Assembly (NCBI GenBank): GCA_046726215.1
Contig: JBKPAA010000019.1
Span: forward strand, 27,379-91,378
Direction of reading: 5' to 3'
DNA length: 64,000 bases
From: Actinomycetota bacterium
GTDB lineage: Bacteria; Actinomycetota; Acidimicrobiia; Acidimicrobiales; VFJN01
Made by a program: the position numbers and the translations under genes. The notes beneath the pieces are model-generated. The model did not search any database. It was not told the origin of the DNA and was given only the letters and a program-made list of their open reading frames with translations. Numbering within the stretch: the stretch's first letter is position 1; each line of letters opens with the position of its first letter. Below are positions 23,332-34,343 of the stretch, one piece after another.

Positions 23332-24213
23332 TCAGCCGGCGAACGCCAGGCAATACACGCCGGGTAGGTCTTCGGCCAGCTTGCGCCAGGTGTCCCCGGC
23401 GTCCTCAGACAGGTAGACCCGGCCATAGCGCTCGCCCACCGCCACCAGGTTCCCGGCCGCAACGAGACCGAAGGTGTCGATGTTGTGCGGGAACGTCGCC
23501 GGCAGGCCGGACTCGCCACCGCAGGGTGCGAGGGGGCGGTCGGGATCGTCGATGGCCCGCCGGTAGACCGCCGCCTCGTGAGTGGCAGGCCCGGTCGAAG
23601 CGCTGACCAGCAGCCAACCCTCGGAGATGGCCACCGCCCGGCAATAGTGGGCGTGCAGCCCCTCGGTGCTCCAGTGCCAGGTGTCGCCGCCGTCGGAGCT
23701 CTGGCCCACGCCGACGGCGGCGGCCACGGCGACGGTGTCGCCCTCGGCCAGGACCTGGTGGTCGTCGGCCTCGGCGGGCACCACCTCGATCCACTGGTCG
23801 GGGTCCCGCCGCCAGACGCCCCCGACGTGCACGCCGGCGAACACCCCGGCGGCGCCCATGGTCAGGGAGCGCAGATCCGGCGGGGCGCCCCACGGCGTGG
23901 TCCAATCCCGGCGGGTCGGGATGGCGTCGAAGGCTCGGTCGACCGCCGGACCGTCGGTGCTGCCGATGAGCACGAGCCGAGCCTCGCTGCTTCCCACCAA
24001 CGCCCGGCCCCCGGCCAGGGCCAGCAGGCAGCGCGGGACCAGGCCGTCGGGCAGCTCCCGCGCCGCCCCGTCGTCCAGCGACACGACCCGCTCGTCGGCG
24101 ATCACCCAGTCGCCGGAGATGCCCGTCACCTCGACCCCGGCCAGGCCCCGCCGCACGACCGTGCCGTCGAGCCCGAGCTCGATCAATCCGTCACCCGTTC
24201 CCACCAGGAGCAT
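23332..24213 (-). CDS. WD40/YVTN/BNR-like beta-propeller protein
   Basis: Asp-box motifs SSDGGDTW and SEDAGDTW; WTTPWGAPP, VHVGG. Confidence 0.78.
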   Translation of the reverse strand: MLLVGTGDGLIELGLDGTVVRRGLAGVEVTGISGDWVIADERVVSLDDGAARELPDGLVPRCLLALAGGRALVGSSEARLVLIGSTDGPAVDRAFDAIPTRRDWTTPWGAPPDLRSLTMGAAGVFAGVHVGGVWRRDPDQWIEVVPAEADDHQVLAEGDTVAVAAAVGVGQSSDGGDTWHWSTEGLHAHYCRAVAISEGWLLVSASTGPATHEAAVYRRAIDDPDRPLAPCGGESGLPATFPHNIDTFGLVAAGNLVAVGERYGRVYLSEDAGDTWRKLAEDLPGVYCLAFAG

Positions 24214-24301
24214 GTGACCAGTGTGGCCGCGCCCACGTGGGCCGCGGTGGCATTGGCCCCGTGGGGCAGGCTGTTCCCATGAGCGGGCGTCCCGGACGGC
24301 A

Positions 24302-24916
24302 ATGAGCGAACGTGACCCGAGCCGCTCGGCCGTCGAGCGCACGGCACCGACGCGACCGGAGTTGTGGCTCTGCCGGCACGGCGAGACCGAGTGGAGCCGT
24401 GATGGCCGCCACACCAGCCGCACCGACCTGCCGCTCACGTCCGAGGGCCTCGACCAGGCCCGGCGGGTCGCGTCGCGCCTGTCCGGGGTGAAGTTCGATC
24501 TGGTGATCACCAGCCCCCTGCGGCGGGCCGCGGACACCGCGGCGCGGGCCGGGTTCCCCGACGCCATCAGGGATCCGACGGCGGCCGAGTGGGACTACGG
24601 CGAATACGAGGGTCGAACCACGGCGGCAATTCGGGAGGAGATCCCCGGCTGGACGGTGTGGACCCACCCGCCGACGGGCGGTGAGACGGCCGAACAGGTG
24701 GGTGCCCGCGCCGACCGGCTCATCGCCCGCGTGTTGAACGAGGCCCCGAACCGCGCATTGCTGTTCTCCCACGCGCATTTCCTGCGGGTGCTCGCGGCCC
24801 GCTGGATCGAACAGCCCGCGACGTCGGGCGTGCACCTGCTGCTCGATACCGGGACCGTATCCGTGCTGGGATGGGAACGCGAGGTCCGCGCGATCAGGCA
24901 ATGGAACACCGGGTGA
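24302..24916 (+). CDS. Histidine phosphatase family protein (Gpm2/Rv3214-like)
   Basis: RHGETEWS, SPLRRA, EWDYGEYEG and SHAHFLR motifs. Confidence 0.92.
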   Translation: MSERDPSRSAVERTAPTRPELWLCRHGETEWSRDGRHTSRTDLPLTSEGLDQARRVASRLSGVKFDLVITSPLRRAADTAARAGFPDAIRDPTAAEWDYGEYEGRTTAAIREEIPGWTVWTHPPTGGETAEQVGARADRLIARVLNEAPNRALLFSHAHFLRVLAARWIEQPATSGVHLLLDTGTVSVLGWEREVRAIRQWNTG

Positions 24917-24990
24917 CGCGCTGGGCGCAGCAATCGTTTCGGAGGCCGGCGCTGCCAACCGTAGGATCGGACGGCAGTGGGTGAGCCGCG

Positions 24991-25614
24991 ATGACCCTCG
25001 TCGCCGTCCTCGACTACGGCATCGGCAACCTCCGTTCGGCGCAGAAGGCCCTCCAGCACGTGGGTGCCGACGCGCGGCTCACGGCCGATCCGGGCCTCGT
25101 GCGGGAGGCGGCGGGGGTGGTTCTCCCGGGTGTCGGCAACTTCGGGCGCTGCATGCAGGCGCTGGAGCAGAGCGGCCTCGACGAGCTGGCGGTCGAGTGC
25201 GCCGGTTCGGGCCGGCCCTTCCTGGGCGTGTGCGTCGGGATGCAGATGCTGTACCGGGGCTCCGAGGAGACACCCGCCGTGCCGGGCCTGGGAGTGCTCC
25301 CCGGGTTCGTGCGCCTGCTTCCCGAGGGCGTGAAGCGCCCGCAGATGCAGTGGAACGTCCTCGACCGGCGGCGCGAGGGCGGGTTGCTGTCCGGGGTTCC
25401 CGACCCGACCTGGGTCTACTTCGTGCACTCGTACGCGGCCGACAACCAGGAGCACGCGGTGGCCACCTGCGACTACGGCGGTCCGGTCGTGGCGGCGATC
25501 GAGTTCGGGGCGCTGTGGGCCACGCAGTTCCACCCCGAGAAGTCGGGGGCAACGGGCATGCGCATCCTCGCCAACTTCGTCGACCGGGCCGCCGAGTCGG
25601 CGGCTGCCGCGTGA
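24991..25614 (+). CDS. hisH: Imidazole glycerol phosphate synthase, glutaminase subunit
   Basis: DYGIGNLRS, LPGVG, GVCVGMQ, YFVHSY and QFHPEKS motifs. Confidence 0.96.
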   Translation: MTLVAVLDYGIGNLRSAQKALQHVGADARLTADPGLVREAAGVVLPGVGNFGRCMQALEQSGLDELAVECAGSGRPFLGVCVGMQMLYRGSEETPAVPGLGVLPGFVRLLPEGVKRPQMQWNVLDRRREGGLLSGVPDPTWVYFVHSYAADNQEHAVATCDYGGPVVAAIEFGALWATQFHPEKSGATGMRILANFVDRAAESAAAA

Positions 25615-25637
25615 GCGGGGGAGCCGGAGCCCACTTG

Positions 25638-26375
25638 ATGGACGTGTACCCGGCCATTGATCTGCGCGACGGGCGGTGTGTGCGGCTGTACCAGGGCGAC
25701 TACGGGCGCCCGACCGTGTACGCCGGCGATCCCGTCGCGCAGGCCCGGGCCTTCGCCGCCGAGGGGGCGCCCTGGCTCCACGTCGTCGACCTCGACGCCG
25801 CTCGGACCGGCGACCCGCGCAACTACGAGCTCGTGGCCGCCGTGGCCGCCGCCGTCGATGTCCCGGTGCAGGTCGGCGGCGGTGTGCGCAACGACGCGGC
25901 GGCCGACGCCTTGCTCGGCCGGGGGGTGCGGCGGGTGGTGGTGGGCACCGCGGCGCTGGAACGGCCGGACTGGGTGCGATCGCTGGCCGGGCGCTACCCG
26001 GGACGGGTGGCGGTCGGGCTCGACGCCCGAGGCCGCGACGTGGCGGTCCGCGGCTGGGTCGAGGGGTCGGGCCACGACCTCGTCGACGTCGCCCGCCGGT
26101 TCGAGGATGCCGGCGTGGCGGCGTTGGTGGTCACCGAGATCGGCCGGGACGGCACGCTGTCCGGCCCGGCGCTGGACCAGCTCGCAGCTGTGCTGGAGGC
26201 AACCGGCGTCGACGTCATCGCGGCCGGGGGCGTGGGGACCCTGGCCGACCTGCGGACCCTGTCCGTGCTCGAGGTCGACGGCCGCCGGTTGGACGGGGCG
26301 ATCGTGGGTCGAGCGCTGTACGAGGGCGCGTTCCGGGTGTCCGACGCCGTCGCCACCGTGGAGCCGCACACGTGA
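25638..26375 (+). CDS. hisA: ProFAR isomerase
   Basis: [34 protein letters not shown] and GRALY motifs. Confidence 0.95.
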   Translation: MDVYPAIDLRDGRCVRLYQGDYGRPTVYAGDPVAQARAFAAEGAPWLHVVDLDAARTGDPRNYELVAAVAAAVDVPVQVGGGVRNDAAADALLGRGVRRVVVGTAALERPDWVRSLAGRYPGRVAVGLDARGRDVAVRGWVEGSGHDLVDVARRFEDAGVAALVVTEIGRDGTLSGPALDQLAAVLEATGVDVIAAGGVGTLADLRTLSVLEVDGRRLDGAIVGRALYEGAFRVSDAVATVEPHT

Positions 26376-26788
26376 CGGGACCGCAGACCGATGCCACGGG
26401 TGAGGCGCCGGTGGCCTGGCAGAACCCGCTCGACACGCCCGCGGGCGCCGCCACTCGGTTCGCCGTGGAGGTCGCGGCGTGGGTCGTCATCCCGTGGGCA
26501 GTGGGACGGGCGGCGGGCTGGATGGCGGCGGCCGCAGTCCTGATCGCCATCGTGGCGGCCACGGGCACGTTCAACGCGGCCGGCGACAAGCGGCACGAGG
26601 GGGTCACGGTCCCCGGCCCCGCTCGCCTGGTGTTGGAGGCGGCGCTGGGGATCGGGGCGGTGGTGGCCTGCGGGTATCTGTGGGGGCCACTGGCCGCCGC
26701 GCCGATGGCGCTGCTCGTCGTCGCAGCCGCGATCACGGGCCGGCGGCGCAGCGCGTGGCTGCTGCGTGGGGGAGTGGCCGGTGCGTAG
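26372..26788 (+). CDS. Small membrane protein (YrdB/DUF2568-like)
   Basis: [21 protein letters not shown]; four TM segments; overlaps the hisA stop and the hisF start. Confidence 0.68.
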   Translation: MTGPQTDATGEAPVAWQNPLDTPAGAATRFAVEVAAWVVIPWAVGRAAGWMAAAAVLIAIVAATGTFNAAGDKRHEGVTVPGPARLVLEAALGIGAVVACGYLWGPLAAAPMALLVVAAAITGRRRSAWLLRGGVAGA

Positions 26789-27548
26789 CGTCCGCGTCAT
26801 CCCCTGCCTGGACGTCGACGCCGGCCGGGTCGTCAAGGGCGTCAACTTCCTGGGGTTGCGTGACGCCGGGGACCCGGTCGAGCTGGCCGGCCGGTACGAC
26901 GCCGAGGGCGCCGACGAGCTCGTGTTCCTCGACATCACGGCTTCGGCCGACGCCCGCGACACCATCGTCGACGTCGCCCGGCGCACGGCCGACGAGGTGT
27001 TCATTCCCTTCACCGTGGGGGGAGGCGTGCGCTCGGTCGACGACGCCCGCCGCCTGTTGATGGCCGGCGCCGAGAAGGTGTCGATCAACACCGCCGCCGT
27101 CGAGCGCCCCGATCTGGTGACCGAGCTGGCCGGCGAGTTCGGCGCCCAGTGCGTCGTCGTCGCCATCGACGCCCGCCGAACCGTCGGCGGGGGGACCGGG
27201 TTCGGGGTCACCACCCACGGGGGACGGGCGTCGACCGCGCTCGACGCTGTGGTTTGGGCGCAGGAGGTCGAGTCGCGCGGCGCCGGGGAGATCCTGCTGA
27301 CGTCGATGGACCGCGACGGCACCGGAGAGGGGTTCGACCTCGAGCTGACGCGGGCGGTGTCCGACGCCGTGGGCGTGCCGGTGATCGCCAGCGGTGGGGT
27401 GGGCACGCTGGCGCATCTGGCCGAGGGGATCATCGAGGGCGGCGCCGACGCGGTGTTGGCGGCGTCGATCTTCCACTTCGGCGAGCACACGATCGCCGAG
27501 GCGAAGGACGAGCTCGCCCGCGCCGGCCTGATCGTCAGGCCCGTCTAG
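26781..27548 (+). CDS. hisF: Imidazole glycerol phosphate synthase, cyclase subunit
   Basis: [35 protein letters not shown] and ASIFHF motifs. Confidence 0.97.
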   Translation: MRSVRVIPCLDVDAGRVVKGVNFLGLRDAGDPVELAGRYDAEGADELVFLDITASADARDTIVDVARRTADEVFIPFTVGGGVRSVDDARRLLMAGAEKVSINTAAVERPDLVTELAGEFGAQCVVVAIDARRTVGGGTGFGVTTHGGRASTALDAVVWAQEVESRGAGEILLTSMDRDGTGEGFDLELTRAVSDAVGVPVIASGGVGTLAHLAEGIIEGGADAVLAASIFHFGEHTIAEAKDELARAGLIVRPV

Positions 27549-27645
27549 CGCCCGGGCCTCCGGGGCGTGCCCGAGCCGGGGTGCGGGCGGGGTTCCGGTC
27601 GGAGGGAGTCGTCGGTCGCCGCCGGCTGCCGCTAGCGTCGTTCGT

Positions 27646-28005
27646 GTGCCGGACCCCGCCACGGTGACCGCCGACGACGGCACCGCCACCGAGAAGCTGC
27701 CGATCAAGATGCTCAACGATCGGGTGCTCGTGCGGATGGCCGGTCCCGAGGGTGAGCGACGGTCGTCGGGCGGGATCCTCATCCCGGCCACCGCCCAGAC
27801 GTCGAAGCGGTTGGCGTGGGCCGAGGTCGTAGCCGCGGGACCCAACGTGCGGGCGATGCAGGCCGGCGACCACGTCCTGTTCGCGCCCGAGGACCGCTAC
27901 GAGGTCGAGGTCCGAGGCGACGACTACGTGATCCTGCGCGAGCGTGACGTCCACGCCGTGGCTTCGACCCGGCTGGGCGAGGCATCGACGGGCCTGTACC
28001 TGTAG
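27646..28005 (+). CDS. groES: GroES-family co-chaperonin (stand-alone)
   Basis: MLNDRVLV, SSGGILIP, AEVVAAGP, GDHVLF and YVILRERDV motifs. Confidence 0.85.
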   Translation: MPDPATVTADDGTATEKLPIKMLNDRVLVRMAGPEGERRSSGGILIPATAQTSKRLAWAEVVAAGPNVRAMQAGDHVLFAPEDRYEVEVRGDDYVILRERDVHAVASTRLGEASTGLYL

Positions 28006-28063
28006 CCGCCCCGGAGGCCTCGGAGCCGCCACGGCTGCACGGCCGTCCGGGGACTGCTACCGA

Positions 28064-29161
28064 TCAGTTGCCCTCGGGATCGGGGGCGCGGACGCTGTCA
28101 AGGTCGTCGAGATCGCGGGCACCGGCATCCCTGAAGCACGAGTCGGTCACCGCCTCCCCGTTCCCGCTGAGGTACTGGATGGTCAGCGCCTCGTAGGTCT
28201 TCGACGGGTCGTCCGGGTCGTGCTTGTTCGCGAAGGTCTCGAGAGCGTCGTGCAGCTTCCGCTGGGTCGCGTCGTCGGAGGCGGCTACGCGACCGGCCAC
28301 CACGTCGACGTTGGCGACGGGCAGACGGAAACGCTCGGCCAACTGCTTGCGCACGAACGACATGTACCCGTCCGTGCGGAACTTCGCGAGCTCGTCGGTC
28401 GGGCAGGCGGAGGCGGCGGCGGTCGTCTCGGCCGCCCGGGCCACGAAGCTGACGAACGCGCCGTGGAAATCGTTCGGCGTGTCGTCCTGTTTGAACGCCG
28501 AATCGTTGGGGGTGGTGTGCTCCAGCGTGGCGTCGCACACATAGAGCCGGCCCATCGCGAAACTGATCGATGTCGAGGGTTCGTCGCCGCCCGACTCGGT
28601 CGTCGTGATCATCCCGTCAGCGCAATAGTCGACCTTGACCGCCAGGCGGGCGGGTCGGTCGCCATCCTGCGGATCGGCCACGCTTGACGTTCCGTTGGTC
28701 GACTGGAAGTCACCGTTGATGATCCAGCCCGACCGGTCCCAGTTCTGCTTGGCCTGCACCGCCACGACGGCCTGGCCGTCGCCGATGTCGATGAGGAAGG
28801 CCTCGGAGGCGGTCCTTGCCTCTTGGCCCTCATAGATCACCGAGCCCCGCGGGGCAGGATCGCTGTGGCCGCCACCGAACCAGTTGGGGAGGTCGACGAT
28901 GCCCCAGTCGATCACGGCGAGTGCGAGGGCGCCGGCGCCGATGACGGCCAGTACCGGAACGATCAGCCCACGACCGGTGAGCCGGCGTAGCCACCCGCTG
29001 GCGTGGGGTTGGTGATCGTGCACCGAGATGGCTCTTCCTCGCTCGGATCCGCCACGCAGTGTGCTGGTTGCGCGCCTTACGTGGCGAAATGCCGCGTTAG
29101 TACGTGAGAGTGCTACCCGTCGCACGGTCCGTTGACACGAACGGCCGTCGAGGGGGTACAC
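28064..29161 (-). CDS. Membrane-anchored acidic hypothetical protein (remote DUF4230-like pattern); real start possibly 29023
   Basis: Long ORF with coding-type codon bias, one N-terminal TM helix and several Cys. Confidence 0.7.
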   Translation of the reverse strand: MYPLDGRSCQRTVRRVALSRTNAAFRHVRRATSTLRGGSERGRAISVHDHQPHASGWLRRLTGRGLIVPVLAVIGAGALALAVIDWGIVDLPNWFGGGHSDPAPRGSVIYEGQEARTASEAFLIDIGDGQAVVAVQAKQNWDRSGWIINGDFQSTNGTSSVADPQDGDRPARLAVKVDYCADGMITTTESGGDEPSTSISFAMGRLYVCDATLEHTTPNDSAFKQDDTPNDFHGAFVSFVARAAETTAAASACPTDELAKFRTDGYMSFVRKQLAERFRLPVANVDVVAGRVAASDDATQRKLHDALETFANKHDPDDPSKTYEALTIQYLSGNGEAVTDSCFRDAGARDLDDLDSVRAPDPEGN

Positions 29162-29194
29162 CTACAGCAGGAGACGACGTAGGAGGGAGCCGCC

Positions 29195-29752
29195 ATGGGA
29201 ATCCTCATCCTGGTGCTGTTCGCACTGGCGGCCCTCGCGTCGGCCAACGGCTGTCAGTCGTCGTCCGACGGCAGCTTCGATTTCGGCACCAGCGAGGGGG
29301 CGGCGAGTACGAGCGACGGGCTGCCGACGTGCGACGGCGTGGTGGTCATCGACGTGGCGGGCGAACCGGTTCGGGTGCCCGGCGACACCGCCCTCTTCTC
29401 CTCGGCCTCACCCACGTGTGGGATGTCGGTGGGGCGCGGTGACGAGGACGCAGTGGTCGTGTTGCAGGACGCGCTCGCGCGGTGCAATCGCGAGAGTGTG
29501 TCGGTCGACGGTGAATACGGGCCTCAGACCGCCGCAGCCGTGATGGACGTGCAGGAACGGGCCGGGATCACCGCGGACGGCGAGTACGGCCCCTCGACGC
29601 TTCAGGTGATGCGCTGGCCGACCACGACGACGTCGGGCGCCCGGACCGACTGTGTCGCCGGCGCCTCGTCCTCGGCGGCCGCGGAGAGCGAGTCCTCGTC
29701 GTCGGCCGGCACGAGCGGGTCGTCGTCCTCGTCGTTGCCGCCGACGGATTGA
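29195..29752 (+). CDS. Secreted or lipoprotein peptidoglycan-binding domain protein
   Basis: Signal peptide ending ..ANGC; PGBD motifs VVVLQDAL, VDGEYGPQT..Q..GITADGEYGPST; Ser-rich tail; SD GGAGG. Confidence 0.82.
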   Translation: MGILILVLFALAALASANGCQSSSDGSFDFGTSEGAASTSDGLPTCDGVVVIDVAGEPVRVPGDTALFSSASPTCGMSVGRGDEDAVVVLQDALARCNRESVSVDGEYGPQTAAAVMDVQERAGITADGEYGPSTLQVMRWPTTTTSGARTDCVAGASSSAAAESESSSSAGTSGSSSSSLPPTD

Positions 29753-29777
29753 TGCAGGTCCGCGATGATGGTGCAGG

Positions 29778-30749
29778 ATGCGACGTGAGGAGAAGCGCCT
29801 GAGGCGCGGCGGTCGCATCAGGACCGCGATCGCCGCCGTGGCGGCCGTGGGCGTCGCCGCCTTGGGCATCGGTTACTGCTCGGATCAGTTCGGCTTCAAC
29901 GAGTCGGAGGAAGGCCGCGGTGTGTCCAGCCGGCTGGTGTTCCCGGCCTCGGAGCTGGAGACGACGCTCGGGCTCATCGCCGTCCAGAACAACGTCGAGC
30001 TGAGGGTCACGCACGACATCGAGGTCTTTGGCCGGACCCAGGACGTCTACACGGACGTCTTCCCCGCTCAGGTGCCGGGCCTGCTGGAGTTCCGGGTCGA
30101 GGACCTGCCCGACGTCGAGGTTTCGGGCGGGGACGAGGTGAAGGTGACCATTCCCCGGGCCAACGTCTTCGTGCAGGAGCGGGTCGAGCAGCTTCGCGAA
30201 CCGGTGACCTTCAAAGTCGAGGACGGACGCGTGACCGAAGCGGGCGGCTTGCCCATCGAGAAGGGGACACGCGTGTTCCTCGAGGACGGCACGTACTCGA
30301 CCGGTGCATTCGTCTTCGATCCCGAGCAGTCGGAGAGCGTCCTCACCAAGGCGGTCGACGGCATGACCCTGGGCCTCACCAACATCAACGTCGGGACGGC
30401 CGAGAACGTCCTCAAGATCGGTCAGCTGGCCACGCTCAACCCCGCCTGCATCAGGCTGGCCGCCGAACGGGTGGGCCTGGAGCAGCTGTTCGCCGCCGGC
30501 ATCCGGGACCACCTGGTGCGGAAGGGGTTCAGCGCCAAGAACGTCGACATCGAGTTCACGGGGAAGTTTCCCGCCTACGATCAGTTTCCCGACGAGACCG
30601 GTGCCACCTTCGACGAGTCCCGGCAAAGCGTGGAGGCCGCACTGGCCGGCGACAACCAGAAGACGATCCAGTTCTCGACCGACTGCGATTCCGACTCGAT
30701 CGCCGAGCCCGACAGCGCGGTGTCCATCACGTCGGTCGGCGCCCCCTGA
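29778..30749 (+). CDS. Membrane-anchored hypothetical protein (DUF4230-like)
   Basis: Basic N-terminus plus a TM helix; EVKVTIPRA and GF..NVDIEF segments. Confidence 0.75.
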   Translation: MRREEKRLRRGGRIRTAIAAVAAVGVAALGIGYCSDQFGFNESEEGRGVSSRLVFPASELETTLGLIAVQNNVELRVTHDIEVFGRTQDVYTDVFPAQVPGLLEFRVEDLPDVEVSGGDEVKVTIPRANVFVQERVEQLREPVTFKVEDGRVTEAGGLPIEKGTRVFLEDGTYSTGAFVFDPEQSESVLTKAVDGMTLGLTNINVGTAENVLKIGQLATLNPACIRLAAERVGLEQLFAAGIRDHLVRKGFSAKNVDIEFTGKFPAYDQFPDETGATFDESRQSVEAALAGDNQKTIQFSTDCDSDSIAEPDSAVSITSVGAP

Positions 30750-30796
30750 GCGAATCGCGATTCTGTAGCGCGAAGGCCGGGCCGTACCATGGCCGC

Positions 30797-31225
30797 GTGC
30801 CCGCCACGCCCCCTGCGACGTCGATCGAGGCCACCGACGAGCAGCTGGCGCAGGTGCGGTACGACGCCGACGGGCTGGTACCCGCCATCGTCCAGGACCA
30901 CGCATCGGGCCGGGTGCTGATGATGGCGTGGATGACCGCCGAGACGCTGCGGCTCACGTTGGCCGAGGGGCGTACGGTGTTCTGGAGCCGCAGCCGGCGG
31001 GAGGTGTGGCGCAAGGGCGAGACGTCGGGCGACATCCAGTACGTCCGTTCGGCGCACTACGACTGCGACGGCGATGCGCTGCTGTTCGTCGTGGACCAGC
31101 AGGGCGCCGGCGCCTGCCACACGGGCGAGCACTCGTGCTTTTTCCGCGCGTTCGGGCCCGATGCCGGTGAGGTGGCCGGTCGACCTGCGACCGATCCCGT
31201 CTCCGGACTCGGCCAGGCGTCGTGA
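30797..31225 (+). CDS. hisI: Phosphoribosyl-AMP cyclohydrolase
   Basis: [27 protein letters not shown] and ACHTG..SCF motifs. Confidence 0.96.
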   Translation: MPATPPATSIEATDEQLAQVRYDADGLVPAIVQDHASGRVLMMAWMTAETLRLTLAEGRTVFWSRSRREVWRKGETSGDIQYVRSAHYDCDGDALLFVVDQQGAGACHTGEHSCFFRAFGPDAGEVAGRPATDPVSGLGQAS

Positions 31226-32781
31226 TCAACCCGTCCCGCGACCAGTTCCGGTCGCTGGCCCGCACCCACACCGTCATTCCCCTGTGGCGCGAGCTGCTGG
31301 CCGATCTCACGACCCCGGTGGCCGCCTACGCCCGTCTCGTCGGTCGGGGAACCGGGTTCCTGCTCGAATCGGTGGAGCACGGGGAGGCTCGCTGGAGCCG
31401 GTGGTCGTTCATCGGCCGCAACCCACTGGCCACGCTGACGGCCCGGGGATGCGGCGTGGACGTGGCGGGATGGGTGCCTCCTTCGGTCCCCCGCGACCGG
31501 GGGATCCTGGCGGCGCTCGAGGCCCTTCTGGAGGTGTGGCGGGCCCCGTCACTCCCCGATCTGCCGCCCCTCCACGGCGGCGTGCTCGGCTACCTGGGCT
31601 ACGACGTCGTACGCGAGGTCGAGCGCCTGCCCCACGTGCCGCCCGACGACCTGGGCCATGCCGACGCCGTCGTATCGGTCATCGGCCAACTCGCCGCATA
31701 CGACCACTGGCGCCAGCGGGTGGTCCTGATCGACAACGTCGTGGTGACGGATGACGCGACCGATGGGCAGCTCGACGCGCTCTACGACGGCGCGGTCACG
31801 CGCCTCGACGAGCTGGCCGCCGACGGTGCCCGCCCGATCGACGAGCCCCTGGTGGAGCCTCCGGCGCCCGACGACCCGCTGCCCGATGTGCGGTCCACCA
31901 TGGGCACCGACCTGTACGCCCGAGCGGTGGAGGTCGCCCGCGAGCACATACTGGCCGGAGACATCTTCCAGGTCGTCCTGGCACAGCGCTACGACTTCGA
32001 TCTCGACGCCGAGCCGTTCGACGTGTACCGGGTGCTGCGCCAGGTCAACCCGAGCCCCTACATGTACTTCGTGCGCCAGCCCGGGCTCACACTGGTCGGG
32101 GCGTCGCCGGAGCCGATGGTGCGGCTGACCGACGGGCGGGTGATCTCCCGGCCCATCGCCGGCACGCGACGTCGTGGGAGCACCGACGAGGACGATGCCC
32201 GCCTCGCCGCCGAGCTGCGTGAGCACCCCAAGGAGATCGCCGAGCACGTCATGCTCGTCGACCTCGCCCGCAACGACGTCGGGCGGGTGGTGCGGTTCGG
32301 CACCGAACGGGTCGACGAGTACCAGACGCTCGAGCGCTACAGCCATGTCATGCACCTCACGTCGCAGGTGTCGGGCGAGCTGGCCGAGGGCCGCAGCGCC
32401 ATCGACGTGCTGCGGGCCACCTTGCCGGCGGGGACCGTTTCCGGCGCCCCCAAGGTGCGGGCCATGGAGATCATCGATGCGCTCGAGCCCACCAAGCGGG
32501 GGCCGTATGCCGGCGTCGTCGGCTACCTCGACTTCTCCGGCAACATCGACACCGCCATCGCCATCCGCACCATGGTGATCGACGACGACGGCCGGGCGTC
32601 GGTCCAGGCCGGCGCCGGGATCGTCGCCGACTCGGTGCCCGAGCACGAGGACCTCGAGTGCCGCAACAAGGCCCGGGCCCTGCTCGCGGCGGTGCCCGCC
32701 GCACGCCGCATGACCGCCGCCCGCCACGGCCGCTCGGCCGCGGCAACGATGACGGTGCCGACGGGGCCAACGGGCGACTGA
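31222..32781 (+). CDS. trpE: Anthranilate synthase component I
   Basis: [35 protein letters not shown] and GAPKVRAM motifs. Confidence 0.95.
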   Translation: MINPSRDQFRSLARTHTVIPLWRELLADLTTPVAAYARLVGRGTGFLLESVEHGEARWSRWSFIGRNPLATLTARGCGVDVAGWVPPSVPRDRGILAALEALLEVWRAPSLPDLPPLHGGVLGYLGYDVVREVERLPHVPPDDLGHADAVVSVIGQLAAYDHWRQRVVLIDNVVVTDDATDGQLDALYDGAVTRLDELAADGARPIDEPLVEPPAPDDPLPDVRSTMGTDLYARAVEVAREHILAGDIFQVVLAQRYDFDLDAEPFDVYRVLRQVNPSPYMYFVRQPGLTLVGASPEPMVRLTDGRVISRPIAGTRRRGSTDEDDARLAAELREHPKEIAEHVMLVDLARNDVGRVVRFGTERVDEYQTLERYSHVMHLTSQVSGELAEGRSAIDVLRATLPAGTVSGAPKVRAMEIIDALEPTKRGPYAGVVGYLDFSGNIDTAIAIRTMVIDDDGRASVQAGAGIVADSVPEHEDLECRNKARALLAAVPAARRMTAARHGRSAAATMTVPTGPTGD

Positions 32782-32869
32782 GGCCGCCCCGGTCGCCTCG
32801 GGCCGCCTACCAACCCAGGCCCCGTGCCTGGCTGAACGGGGGTTCGCCCCGCGGTGCCAGACTGGCGCC

Positions 32870-33769
32870 ATGCCCGCCGATCCCGCGATCGACCTGCGCA
32901 CCACCCTGGGGTGGTTCCCCGAGGGGCGTGACTTCGTCCGGGTGGCGGGCCCCGACGCGGTCGGCTACCTCCAGGGCCAGGTGAGCCAGGACATCGAGGC
33001 GCTCGCCGTGGGATCCAGCGCCCGATCGTTCGTGCTCCAGCCGACGGGCAAGGTGGACGCCTGGGTCCGGGTGACGCGTGCCGGGGCCGACGAGCTGGTC
33101 CTCGACGTGGACGATGGCCACGGCGACGCCCTGACCGCCCGGCTCCGGCGGTTCCTGCTGCGCACCAAGGCGGACATCGACCCGCTCGACTGGCGGGCAG
33201 TCGCCGTGCGGGGGCCGGGCGCGGCCGGAGCCGCCCCGACCGTCGCCGCGGAGGACGTGCTGGTGGTGCCGGCCGGTTGGCCGGGCGTCGAGGGGGTGGA
33301 CGTGCTGGGCCCGACGGCCGCGCCGCCGCCGGGCGTGCCCGAGGCCGACGGATCGGCGTTCGCCAGCCTCCGGATCCGCTCGGGCGTGCCCCTGATGGGC
33401 GCCGAGCTGACCGATGGCACGATCCCCCCCGAAGCCGGCCAGTGGGTCATGGACGCCTCGGTCAGCTTCACCAAGGGTTGCTTCACCGGCCAGGAGCTGG
33501 TCGCCCGCATCGACAGTCGCGGCGGGCACGTCCCCCGGCACCTGCGCGGCCTCGTTACCGGTGGCGGCGAGCCCGCACCGGTGGGGGCGCCCGTGGTCGT
33601 CGACGGCTCCGAGGTGGGCAAGGTGACCTCGGCGGCGTCGGCACCGGGCGCCGATCAGGGCGTAGCCCTCGCCTACGTGCGCCGCAGCGTGACGCCACCG
33701 GCCGCCGCCGAGGTGCGCCACGGCGACGGAGAGTTGCCGGTGACCGTCGTCGACCTGCCGATGGCGTGA
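32870..33769 (+). CDS. ygfZ: Folate-binding YgfZ/GcvT-like protein
   Basis: YLQGQVSQD, SFTKGCFTGQELVAR signature. Confidence 0.9.
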   Translation: MPADPAIDLRTTLGWFPEGRDFVRVAGPDAVGYLQGQVSQDIEALAVGSSARSFVLQPTGKVDAWVRVTRAGADELVLDVDDGHGDALTARLRRFLLRTKADIDPLDWRAVAVRGPGAAGAAPTVAAEDVLVVPAGWPGVEGVDVLGPTAAPPPGVPEADGSAFASLRIRSGVPLMGAELTDGTIPPEAGQWVMDASVSFTKGCFTGQELVARIDSRGGHVPRHLRGLVTGGGEPAPVGAPVVVDGSEVGKVTSAASAPGADQGVALAYVRRSVTPPAAAEVRHGDGELPVTVVDLPMA

Positions 33770-33772
33770 CCC

Positions 33773-34318
33773 GTGGCAGCGCCCAGCCACTACGACGTCC
33801 TCGGTGTGCCGGCGAGCGCCACCCAGGCTGAGGTGCGGGCGGCGTACCGGGCGGCCGCCCGCGACCATCATCCCGACGCCGGGGGTGACGCCGGCCGCAT
33901 GCGGGCCCTCAACGTCGCCTGGGCCGTGCTGGGCGACCCGGTCCGCCGGGCCGCCTACGACCGGGCCCTGGCCCGGGGGGACGCCGACGCGCCGTTCGTG
34001 GCGCCGGACGCGGCACGGACGCCCTCCGCCTGGTCGACCGACGGCGACCATTGGCCGATCGACCCCGACGCCCGGCTCACGGCGGAGGAGTGGGCCGACC
34101 TCGCCGACGGTCGGCCAATAGCGCCGACGAAGGCGCTCGCGGGCTGGTGGGCCATCCTGCCGCCAGCGACGTTGCTGTTCGCCGTGGGCCTGTTCGTGGC
34201 GGGCATCTTCTTCACCGCCCCGGCGCTGATGGGGTTCGCCGCCGGGGCGTTCATCATGGCGGGCGGACTGTTCGTGCTCGCCCCCCTGCGGGCAATGACG
34301 CATCGCGAGAAGCAGTGA
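33773..34318 (+). CDS. J-domain (DnaJ-like) membrane protein
   Basis: HYDVLGV, HPD motif, LGDP.RRAAYD; two C-terminal TM helices. Confidence 0.88.
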   Translation: MAAPSHYDVLGVPASATQAEVRAAYRAAARDHHPDAGGDAGRMRALNVAWAVLGDPVRRAAYDRALARGDADAPFVAPDAARTPSAWSTDGDHWPIDPDARLTAEEWADLADGRPIAPTKALAGWWAILPPATLLFAVGLFVAGIFFTAPALMGFAAGAFIMAGGLFVLAPLRAMTHREKQ

Positions 34319-34343
34319 CCTGTCCCGACGAGCACGGGGGAAC

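Noticed and set aside
23348..23356. AGGCAATAC match to the end of the 97-bp element
   Set aside because: Only 9 nt, inside a coding sequence, with no partner arm or core; probably chance
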